The notes under the pieces are model-generated. The model worked only from the letters and a program-made list of their open reading frames with translations. It did no database searches and had not been told where the DNA came from. Source: Tubulanus polymorphus (Eukaryota; Animalia; Nemertea). From it: 64,000 bases of DNA. The translations under genes were made by a program, and so were the position numbers. Location of the stretch: positions 372,001 through 436,000 of the forward strand of contig NC_134028.1 in assembly GCF_964204645.1 (NCBI RefSeq), written 5' to 3'. Of the stretch, positions 45,001-56,316 are shown piece after piece; within the stretch, counting starts at the first letter, position 1, and each line of letters opens with the position of its first letter.

Positions 45001-48000
45001 AAATCAGTTCAGTACACCCTAACCCATCAATTAAGATAGAACTCATCATCTTTAGGACCCTATTTTGCAAGAAAAATCTGTATCTTTCAGTCCATCTACT
45101 CGAAATCAGTTCAGTCTACCTTAACCTATCATTTCAGATCGAGTCCATCATCTTCAGGAGCATAAATAGCCAGAAAATTCTTAATCTTTCCACCTATCTA
45201 TTTGAAATCAGTTCAATACGCCTTAACACATCTTTTCAGATTGAATCCATCATCTTCAGAACCAAAAGCAGCCAGAAAATTCTGATTCTTTCAACCTATC
45301 TATTTGAAATCAGTTCAGTACACCCTAACCCATCAATTAAGATAGAATTCATCATCTTTAGGACGCTATTTTGCAACAAAAATCTGTATCTTTCAGTCCA
45401 TCTACTCGAAATCAGTTCAGTTTACCTTAACCTATCATTTCAGATCGAGTCCATCATCTTCAGGAGCATAAATAACCAGAAAATTCTTAATCTTTCCACC
45501 TATCTATTTGAAATCAGTTCAGTACACCCTAACCCATCAATTAAGATAGAACTCATCATCTTTAGGACCCTATTTTGCAAGAAAAATCTGTATCTTTCAG
45601 TCCATCTACTCGAAATCAGTTCAGTCTACCTTAACCTATCATTTCAGATCGAGTCAATCATCTTCAGGAGCATAAATAGCCAGAAAATTCTTAATCTATC
45701 GACCTATCTATTTGAAATCAGTTCAATACGCCTTAACACATCTTTTCAGATTGAATCCATTATCTTCAGAACCAAAAGCAGCCAGAAAATTCTGATTCTT
45801 TCAACCTATCTATTTGAAATCAGTTCAGTACACCCTAACCCATCAATTAAGATAGAATTTATCATCTTTAGGACCCTATTTTGCAAGAAAAATCTGTATC
45901 TTTCAGTCCATCTACTCGAAAACAGTTCAGTTTACCTTAACCTATCATTTCAGATCGAGTCCATCATCTTCAGGAGCATAAATAGCCAGAAAATTCTTAA
46001 TCTTTCCACCTATCTATTTGAAATCAGTTCAATACGCCTTAGCCCATCTTTTCAGATTGAGTCCATCATCTTCAGAACCAAAGGCAGCCAGAAAATTCTT
46101 AATCTTTCCACCTATCTATTTGAAATCAGTTCTGTACACCCTAACCCATCAATTAAGATAGAATTCATCATCTTTAGGACCCTATTTTGCAACAAAAATC
46201 TGTATCTTTCAGTCCATCTACTCGAAATCAGTTCAGTTTACCTTAACCTATCATTTCAGATCGAGTCCATCATCTTCAGGAGCATAAATAACCAGAAAAT
46301 TCTTAATCTTTCCACCTATCTATTTGAAATCAGTTCAGTACACCCTAACCCATCAATTAAGATAGAACTCATAATCTTTAGGACCCTATTTTGCAAGAAA
46401 AATCTGTATCTTTCAGTCCATCTACTCGAAATCAGTTCAGTCTACCTTAACCTATCATTTCAGATCGAGTCCATCATCTTCAGGAGCATAAATAGCCAGT
46501 AAATTCTTAATCTTTCCACCTATCCATTTGAAATTAGTTCAATACGCCTTAACCCATCTTTTCAGATTGAATCAATCAACTTCAGAAGTATAAGCAGTCA
46601 GAAATTTCTGAATCTTTCAACCAATCTATTGAAAATCAGTTCAGTACACCCTAACCCAACAATTAAGATAGAATTCATCATCTTTAGGACCCTATTTTGC
46701 AAGAAAAATCTGTATCTTTCAATCCATCTACTCGAAATCAGTTCAGTTTATCTTAACCTATCATTTCAGATCGAGTCCATCATCTTCAGGAGCATAAATA
46801 GCCAGAAAATTCTTAATCTTTTCACCTATCTATTTGAAATCAGTTCAATACGCCTTAACCCATCTTTTCAGATTGAATCCATCATCTTCAGAACCAAAAG
46901 CAGCCAGAAAATTCTGATTCTTTCAACCTATCTATTTGAAATCAGTTCAGTACACCCTAACCCATCAATTAAGATAGAATTCATCATCTTTAGGACCCTA
47001 TTTTGCAAGAAAAATCTGTTTCTTTCAGTCCATCTACTCGAAATCAGTTAAGTTTACCTTAACCTATCATTTCAGATCGAGTCCATCATCTTCAGGAGCA
47101 TAAATAGCCAGAAAATTCTTAATCTTTCCACCTATCTATTTGAAATCAGTTCAGTACACCCTAACCCAACAATTAAGATAGAACTCATCATCTTTAGGAC
47201 CCTATTTTGCAAGAAAAATCTGTATCTTTCAGTCCATCTACTCGAAATCAGTTCAGTCTACCTTAACCTATCATTTCAGATCGAGTCCATCATCTTCAGG
47301 AGCATAAATAGCCAGAAAATTCTGAATCTTTCCACCTATCTATTTGAAATCAGTTCAATACGCCTTAACACATCTTTTCAGATTGAATCCATCATCTTCA
47401 GAACCAAAAGCAGCCAGAAAATTCTGATTCTTTCAACCTATCTATTTGAAATCAGTTCAGTACACCCTAACCCATCAATTAAGATAGAACTCATCATCTT
47501 TAGGACCCTATTTTGCAAGAAAAATCTGTATCTTTCAGTCCATCTACTCGAAATCAGTTCAGTCTACCTTAACCTATCATTTCGGATTGAGTCCATCATC
47601 TTCAGAACCAAAAGCAGCCAGAAAATTCTGATTCTTTCAACCTATCTATTTGAAATCAGTTCAGTATACCCTAACCCATCAATTAAGATAGAATTCATCA
47701 TCTTTAGGACCCTATTTTGCAAGAAAAATCTGTATCTTTCAGTCCATCTACTCGAAATCAGTTCAGTCTACCTTAACCTATCATTTCAGATCGAGTCCAT
47801 CATCCTCAGGAGCATAAATAGCCAGAAAATTCTTAATCTTTCCACCTATCTATTCGAAATCAGTTCAATACGCCTTAACACATCTTTTCAGATTGAATCC
47901 ATCATCTTCAGAACCAAAGGCAGCCAGAAAATTCTGATTCTTTCGACCTATCTATTTGAAATCAGTTCAGTACACCCTAACCCATCAATTAAGATAGAAC

Positions 48001-51000
48001 TCATCATCTTTAGGACCCTATTTTGAAAGAAAAATCTGTATCTTTCAGTCCATCTACTCGAAATCAGTTCAGTCTACCTTAACCTATCATTTCAGATCGA
48101 GTCCATCATCTTCAGGAGCATAAATAGCCAGAAAATTCTTAATCTTTCCACCTATATATTTGAAATCAGTTCAATACGCCTTAACCCATCTTTTCAGATT
48201 GAATCAATCAACTTCAGAAGTATAAGTAGTCAGAAAATTCTGAATCTTTCCACCTATCTATTTGAAATCAGTTCAGTACACCCTAACCCATCAATTAAGA
48301 TAGAATTCATCATCTTTAGGACCCTATTTTGCAAGAAAAATCTGTATCTTTCAGTCCATCTACTCGAAATCAGTTCAGTCTACCTTAACCTATCATTTCA
48401 GATCGAGTCCATCATCTTCAGGAGCATAAATAGCCAGAAAATTCTTAATCTTTCCACCTATCTATTTGAAATCAGTTCCATAGCCTTAGCCCATCTTTTC
48501 AGATTGAGTCCATCATCTTCAGAACCAAAGGCAGCCAGAAAATTCTGATTCTTTCCATCTATTTGAAATCAGTTCAGTACATCCTATCCCATTAATTAAG
48601 ATAGAATTCATCATCTTTAGGACCCTATTTTGCAACAAAAATCTGTATCTTTCATCCCATCTACTCGAAATCAGTTCAGTTTACCTTAACCTATCATTTC
48701 AGATCGAGTCCATCATCTTCAGGAGCATAAATAGCCAGAAAATTCTGAATCTTTCCACCTATCTATTTGAAATCAGTTCAATACGCCTTAACCTATCATT
48801 TCAGATCGAATCCATCATCTTCAGGAGCATAAATAGCCAGAAAATTCTTAATCTTTCCACCTATCTATTTGAAATCAGTTCAGTACACCCTAACCCATCA
48901 ATTAAGATAGAATTCATCATCTTTAGGACCCTATTTTGCATGAAAAATCTGTATCTTTCAGTCCATCTACTCGAAATCAGTTCAGTTTACCTTAACCTAT
49001 CGTTTTAGATCGAGTCCATCATCTTCAGGAGCATAAATAGCCAGAAAATTCTTAATCTTTCCACCTATCTATTTGAAATCAGTTCAGTACACCCTAACCC
49101 ATCAATTAAGATAGAACTCATCATCTTTAGGACCCTATTTTGCAACAAAAATCTGTATCTTTCAGTCCATCTACTCGAAATCAGTTCAGTCTACCTTAAC
49201 CTATCATTTCAGATCGAGTCCATCATCTTCAGGAGCATAAGTACCCAGAAAATTCTGAATCTTTCCACCTATCTATTTGAAATCAGTTCAATACGCCTTA
49301 ACACATCTTTTCAGATTGAATCCATCATCTTCAGAACCAAAAGCAGCCAGAAAATTCTGATTCTTTCAACCTATCTATTTGAAATCAGTTCAGTACACCC
49401 TAACCCATCAATTAAGATAGAATTCATCATCTTTAGGACCCTATTTTGCAAGAAAAATCTGTATCTTTCAGTCCATCTACTCAAAATCAGTTCAGTTTAC
49501 CTTAACCTATCATTTCAGATCGAGTCTATCATCTTCAGGAGCATAAATAGCCAGAAAATTCTGAATCTTTCCACCTATCTATTTGAAATCAGTTCCATAC
49601 GCCTTAGCCCATCTTTTCAGATTGAGTCCATCATCTTCAGAACCAAAGGCAGCCAGAAAATTCTGATTCTTTCCACCTATCTATTTGAAATCAGTTCAGT
49701 TCACCCTAACCCATCAATTAAGATAGAATTCATCATCTTTAGGACCCTATTTTGCAAGAAAAATCTGTATCTTTCAGTCCATCTACTCGAAATCAGTTCA
49801 GTTTACCTTAACCTATCATTTCAGATCGAGTCCATCATCTTCAGGAGCATAAATAGCCAGAAAATTCTTAATCTTTCCACCTATCTATTTGAAATCAGTT
49901 CAATACGCCTTAGCCCATCTTTTCAGATTGAGTCCATCATCTTCAGAACCAAAAGCAACCAGAAAATTCTGATTCTTTCAACCTATCTATTTGAAATCAG
50001 TTCAGTACACCCTAACCCATCAATTAAGATAGAATTCATCATCTTTAGGACCCTATTTTGCAAGAAAAATCTGTATCTTTCAGTCCATCTACTCGAAATC
50101 AGTTCAGTCTACCTTACCCTATCATTTCAGATCGAGTCCATCATCTTCAGGAGCATAAATAGCCAGAAAATTCTTAATCTTTCCACCTATCTATTTGAAA
50201 TCAGTTCAATACGCCTTAACACATCTTTTCAGATTGAATCCATCATCTTCAGAACCAAAGGCAGCCAGAAAATTCTGATTCTTTCCACCTATCTATTTGA
50301 AATCAGTTCAGTACACCCTAACCCATCAATTAAGATAGAACTCATCATCTTTAGGACCCTATTTTTAAAGAAAAATCTGTATCTTTCAGTCCATCTACTC
50401 GAAATCAGTTCAGTCTACCTTAACCTATCATATCAGATCGAGTCCATCATCTTCAGGAGCATAAGTACCCAGAAAATTCTGAATCTTTCCACCTATCTAT
50501 TTGAAATCATTTCAATACGGCTTAACACATCTTTTCAGATTGAATCCATCATCTTCAGAACCAAAAGCAACCAGATATTCTGATTCTTTCAACCTATCTA
50601 TTTGAAATCAGTTCAGTACACCCTAACCCATCAATTAAGATAGAATTCATCATCTTTAGGACCCTATTTAGCAAGAAAAATCTGTATCTTTCAGTCCATC
50701 TACTTGAAATCAGTTCAGTCTACCTTAACCTATCATTTCAGATCGAGTCCATCATCTTCAGGAGCATAAATAGCCAGAAAATTCTGAATCTTTCCACCTA
50801 TCTATTTGAAATCAGTTCAATTCGCCTAAACCCATCATTCCAGATTGAATCCATCATCTTCAGAACCAAAAGCAGCCAGAAATTTCTGATTCTTTCAACC
50901 TTTCTATTTGAGATCAGTTCAGTACACCCTATCCCATTAATTAAGATAGAATTCATCATCTTTAGGACCCTATTTTGCAACAAAAATCTGTATCTTTCAT

Positions 51001-53443
51001 CCCATCTACTCGGAATCAGTTCAGTTTACCTAAACCTATCATTTCAGATCGAGTCCATCATCTTCAGGAGCATAAATAGCCAGAAAATTCTTAATCTTTC
51101 CACCTATCTATTTGAAATCAGTTCCATACGCCTTAGCCCATCTTTTCAGATTGAGTCCATCATCTTCAGAACCAAAGGCAGCCAGAAAATTCTGATTCTT
51201 TCCACCTATCTATTTGAAATCAGTTCAGTTCACCCTAACCCATCAATTAAGATAGAATTCATCATCTTTAGGACCCTATTTAGCAAGAAAAATCTGTATC
51301 TTTCAGTCCATCTACTCGAAATCAGTTCAGTCTACCTTAACCTATCATTTCAGATCGAGTCCATCATCTTCAGGAGCATAAATAGCCAGAAAATTCTGAA
51401 TCTTTCCACCTATCTATTTGAAATCAGTTCAATTCGCCTAAACCCATCATTTCAGATTGAATCCATCATCTTCAGAACCAAAAGCAGCCAGAAAATTCTG
51501 ATTCTTTCAACCTATCTATTTGAAATCAGTTCAGTACACCCTATCTCATTAATTAAGATAGAATTCATCATCTTTAGGACCCTATTTTGCAACAAAAATC
51601 TGTATCTTTCATCCCATCTACTCGGAATCAGTTCAGTTTACCTTAACCTATCATTTCAGATCCAGTCCATCATCTTCAGGAGCATAAATAGCCAGAAAAT
51701 TCTTAATCTTTCCACCTATCTATTTGAAATCAGTTCAATACGCCTTAACCCATCTTTTCAGATTGAATCAATCAACTTCAGAAGTATAAGTAGTCAGAAT
51801 ATTCTGAATCTTTCAACCAATCTATTGAACATCAGTTCAGTACACCCTAACCCAACAATTAAGATAGAATTCATCATCTTTAGGAGCCTATTTTGCAAGA
51901 AAAATCTGTATCTTTCAGTCCATCTACTCGAAATCAGTTCAGTTTACCTTAACCTATCATTTCAGATCGAGTCCATCATCTTCAGGAGCATAAATAGCCA
52001 GAAAATTCTTAATCTTTCCACCTATCTATTTGAAATCAGTTCAATACGTTTTAGCCCATCTTTTCAGATTGAGTCCATCATCTTCAGAACCAAAGGCAGC
52101 CAGAAAATTCTGATTCTTTCCACCTATCTATTTGAAATCAGTTCAGTTCACCCTAACCCATCAATTAAGATAGAATTCATCATCTTTAGGACCCTATTTT
52201 GCAAGAAAAATCTGTATCTTTCAGTCCATCTACTCGAAATCAGTTCAGTTTACCTTAGCCTATCATTTCAGATCGAGTCCATCATCTTCAGGAGCATAAA
52301 TAGCCAGAAAATTCTTAATCTTTCCACCTATCTATTTGAAATCAGTTCAGTACACCCTAACCCATCAATTAAGATAGAATTCATCATCTTTAGGACCCTA
52401 TTTTGCAACAAAAATCTGTATCTTTCATCCCATCTACTCGGAATCAGTTCAGTTTACCTTAACCTATCATTTCAGATCGAGTCCATCATCTTCAGGAGCA
52501 TAAATAGCCAGAAAATTCTTAATCTTTCCACCTATCTATTTGAAATCAGTTCAATACGCCTTAACCCATCTTTTCAGATTGAGTCCATCATCTTCAGAAC
52601 CAAAGGCAGCCAGAAAATTCTGATTCTTTCCACCTATCTATTTGAAATCAGTTCAGTTCACCCTAACCCATCAATTAAGATAGAATTCATCATCTTTAGG
52701 ACCCTATTTTGCAAGAAAAATCTGTATCTTTCAGTCCATCTACTCGAAATCAGTTCAGTTTACCTTAACCTATCATTTCAGATCGAGTCCATCATCTTCA
52801 GGAGGATAAGTACCCAGAAAATTCTGAATCTTTCCACCTATCTATTTGAAATCAGTTCAATACGCCTTAACACATCTTTTCAGATTGAATCCATCATCTT
52901 CAGAACCAAAAGCAGCCAGAAAATTCTGATTCTTTCAACCTATCTATTTGAAATCAGTTCAGTACACCCTAACCCATCAATTAAGATAGAATTCATCATC
53001 TTTAGGACCCTATTTTGCAAGAAAAATCTGTATCTTTCAGTCCATCTACTCGAAATCAGTTCAGTTTACCTTAACCTATCGTTTCAGATCGAGTCCATCA
53101 TCTTCAGGAGCATAAATAGCCAGAAAATTCTTAATCTTTCCACCTATCTATTTGAAATCAGTTCAGTACACCCTAACCCATCAATTAAGATAGAACTCAT
53201 CATCTTTAAGACCCTATTTTGCAAGAAAAATCTGTATCTTTCAGTCCATCTACTCGAAATCAGTTCAGTTTACCTTAACCTATCATTTCACATCGAGTCC
53301 ATCATCTTCAGGAGCATAAATAGCCAGAAAATTCTTAATCTTTCCACCTATCTATTTGAAATCAGTTCAGTACACCCTAACCCATCAATTAAGATAGAAT
53401 TTATCATCTTCAGAACCAAAAGCAGCCAGAAAATTCTGATTCT
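1..53443. repeat. Satellite DNA array, 102-bp monomer with 204/306-bp higher-order units (continues beyond window start)
   Basis: GAAATCAGTTC recurs every 102 bp. Type P: gaaatcagttcagtacaccctaaccc...catctactc. Type Y: gaaatcagttcagtttaccttaacc...tatctattt. Type R: gaaatcagttcaatacgccttaac...tatctattt. Hand alignment of consensus monomers gives P/Y 25, P/R 25 and Y/R 16 differences out of 102. All copies are in one orientation and no foreign insertion was seen. About 34% GC with C roughly twice G on the + strand. Confidence 0.99.
16370..53150. repeat. Three imperfect tandem copies of a 10.6-13 kb satellite super-repeat
   Basis: Rare markers recur at consistent offsets. 4-bp deletion 'cagtcctaac' at 16687/29630/40227 (and 40733). 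1-bp deletion 'catagcctt' at 24331/34928/48479. Stop variant 'ccataaatt' at 20267/32292/43701. Near-identical ORF-track entries at 27983/38580/51825 and 30339/41442. Boundaries are approximate. Confidence 0.9.
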
Positions 53444-54208
53444 GAGAATCTATTGTTTGTCGTGAATTTTGAAACTTCTTTAATTTAATCTTATTGACAA
53501 TGAGAGGGTCGTGAAATTGGAGTAACTGACCCCGTAAAATTACAATTGGCAGAGACCTACCTATTTAGACTTGCCGTGAGAAAAATCAAACAGCACGAAA
53601 TGACTTTGAAATGATGACTTAAAGGTCGAGCCACATCCAACATTTATAATCTATAGAATAATAGTAATAAATTGTTGACTCTAATTCTGTTTCATGTAAT
53701 GAATTTCTATGTTTGCAATAAAACACTGATGTTCAATGGTACGAAAACAACCGCCGCTATTACGAGATTAATTTGAGAGGAGACCTCAAAATAACAAGGT
53801 GTGGATTATTTAAATATATAATTATTCAATGATTTGAATCATCAATTAAACTAAACTTCAACATTACAAACTGCGTCTTCTAAAAATATACGCGAGAAAT
53901 ATCTACATCAAAAACAGCGCGACCAAAATCAGTAAATTAATTCAACCAAATAAACCAGAAACCTAGGTACCACAGGAATATGACCCGACCGGGTGGGGTG
54001 GGTGCTGTCTGAACCTGAAACCAGTTGTACGTAAGTAAATGTCATTTGTATTTTATAAGAAGTAGAGTTCAACAGTTCAACTCTTCATCTTAATCAAATC
54101 ACACTTAACTCACAAACTGTCAAACATTTTCAATCCAGTTCATTGTAAATAAATGCAACTTTTTATTGTTAAAAGGTTCCACTTGAAATTACAACTGCAT
54201 TTTATATC

Positions 54209-54897
54209 AACAGCTGAAATTATGTTTCAATTCACAGATTTATCAACTAACTATTCTAACCTAACCTATATATATTCGGCCTACCTATTCGGGCTCGGGT
54301 TTAGGGGTTAGGGGGGGGGATACTGAAATAGAGACATGTTATACAGGTCGCACCGGAGTTCTTCGGTCACTCTGTCATCATCATTCAACTTCAGGTTCAA
54401 TCTTCTGTGACTAGGGGGGTCTTGGTCTTTTCACTGAAATAGAATATACAGGCCGCACCTGAATCGGACCACTCTTTTGTGTGCTGGGGGTGAAGACACG
54501 TACTCTGTGGCCTAGTCCTCTGGGGTCTTGTCTCAGCGATGACCCTGAAATTGTCATGTTTATTTCAAATAATTTATTTACATAATAGGCGTTGTCTAGT
54601 AAAGCAATAGATTTAAAAAACCGAAATTCTGAAAAAAAGAAAAACACCTGGAAATAGAATAGAGAGAAACCCTGGAAAAAAAGAAGCATGAAATACAGGA
54701 TCCTGAAATTAAGATATTAAGCATCAAAATAAACAAACTGCTTCCTCCAACTGAGAACTCCCAGGACACCACGCATAGCACCCTAATTTCATCACTTAAA
54801 TTAACCCATTATATTTCCATGTAATACTATAACTTACTAACTCACCGAGTAAGTTCCTAATAACTAACTAAACCTATAAAACATAATTTCAGCTGTT
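54209..54897. repeat. 19-bp perfect inverted repeat pair enclosing 689 bp (possible old non-autonomous element)
   Basis: aacagctgaaattatgttt (54209-54227) and aaacataatttcagctgtt (54879-54897). No target-site duplication seen. Confidence 0.5.
54291..54319 (+). other. Potential G-quadruplex / telomere-like G-rich tract
   Basis: gggctcgggtttaggggttaggggggggg has four runs of at least 3 G with 3-4 nt loops and includes TTAGGG twice. Confidence 0.5.
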
Positions 54898-54915
54898 AAT
54901 TTTTTTCTAACTTAC

Positions 54916-55001
54916 AGTTTATCCAATCCTGTGTGTGTTGAATCCAATGATAATCTTTGAGTCAATTTGAATCCTTGTGTTTTCAATAACGTGCCGGAAT
55001 C
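54916..55001 (-). other. Putative 86-nt internal exon (probably non-coding/UTR)
   Basis: On the minus strand, acceptor atttcttattcag|G and donor ACT|gtaagt. Motif evidence only. Confidence 0.3.
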
Positions 55002-55521
55002 CTGAATAAGAAATTTAGTTTCCAGTAACAGTTCACAGTTTTTGAGAACAGGTCATATTAATCGATTCCATTCAGAATAAATTCGTATATATGTTCACAA
55101 GAGGTAGGTATGTTAAAATGTCTGATTTTTACTGTAGTCATGACGTGCGAGCACCTCTAAGTCCGACAGTCATACGAATAATGTACACTTGACACCCAGA
55201 TGTAATAATCTGTGCTGGACACAACGAACGACAAGAATGGTCGAACACAATGAAGCTTCATATTTCATATTATCTAACTATTGGGTCACTGGTCATAATC
55301 CATCTTCGCTCTATAAACTGCGCGGCTCTGCTGAAATCAATCCATTCCGAACTGCATGAAGTATAAATCAGTATAAATCAGATACTATAGAAATATCTTA
55401 TAGCAATTGATTTAACTTGAAATTTGAATTTTAATGATTAATTTATATTTTCATGAGGCGTCGGCGCCGCCAACACCGGGTCCAGCTTCCAAAACATCCT
55501 CATCAATGATTCGACGCATAA

Positions 55522-55577
55522 TTAGTCATACTCGTCAGTGATTGGATACAAAGTTAGTCATACTCGTCGGTGTTTGG
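55522..55577. repeat. 32-bp tandem duplication
   Basis: ttagtcatactcgtc(a/g)gtg(a/t)ttgg at 55522 and 55554. Confidence 0.8.
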
Positions 55578-56237
55578 CTAACTGATACAAAATATGAATA
55601 TCTAAACTGGATGAAACCGTTTGAACGCGCATCACGTAGGCATTTGTATCGTATTGTCCGAGAACAATAAACAATGACATTTGACACATTTCACGAGACT
55701 ATAAATCATCTTCTTTACATCGTTAACTCAATGCAGGTCACTATACGTTAATCATTAACAATACAATATCAATATCATCTCAAACTGGACCGTTTTAATA
55801 CTGAATGTATCTGTGTATGATTTTGTGACAGGTTCCTACGTGATGAACTAATGCAACACCGCTATCGTTTTATTAGTTGAAAATCATTTAACTTGAATTT
55901 ATTTCGAATGTCCCATTTAACCAATGTATAAACTTTAGATCAGTACATTAATATGTGTAACCAATTTGTCGATCATACAACTTTAAGCTAATCAAACCCT
56001 GGAAAACATAACGCAGTCTACAAATTGTCTCATTTAGTCATAACTGATTCATACTGAAACGAGTGAAACTAGTTCTGCAGTCTGCTATCTACCCCTGATA
56101 CCAGTACAAATCCCTACTGCCCTCGACTTTTCTTTATATCAAGAATCAAACTAGTATAATGAGTTACTGTAAGAGCTGATCAGTGATTATCAGCAAAATG
56201 AGATGTAGTTGATAATAGAGCGCGACCTAAAACACAG

Positions 56238-56316
56238 CTTACCCCGCCCTGTGTCTCTAATGCGGCACCGCTCTCTTACCCCACCCTGTGTCTCTAATGC
56301 GGCACCGCTCTCTTAC
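56238..56316. repeat. 37-bp tandem repeat, about 2.1 copies
   Basis: cttacccc(g/a)ccctgtgtctctaatgcggcaccgctct at 56238 and 56275, then cttac at 56312. Confidence 0.9.

Noticed and set aside
50798-50983. 61-aa minus-strand ORF
   Set aside because: Created by two point variants removing stops in satellite monomers.
1-53443. CRISPR-like array (constant GAAATCAGTTCA plus variable intervening sequence)
   Set aside because: The intervening sequences are homologous and repeated hundreds of times rather than unique spacers. There are no cas genes and the context is eukaryotic.
1-53443. Minus-strand coding under an alternative genetic code
   Set aside because: The minus frames examined contain both TGA and TAR stops within the repeat unit, so more than one stop reassignment would be needed, and nothing in the flank supports a variant code.
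4652-53465. Long + strand ORFs (125-1236 aa) as a repeat-protein gene family
   Set aside because: They are translations of the stop-free 102-bp monomer. Starts are mostly TTG/GTG point variants, ends are sporadic stops or frameshifts, there is no unique N- or C-terminal domain, and no consistent third-position bias between monomer types.
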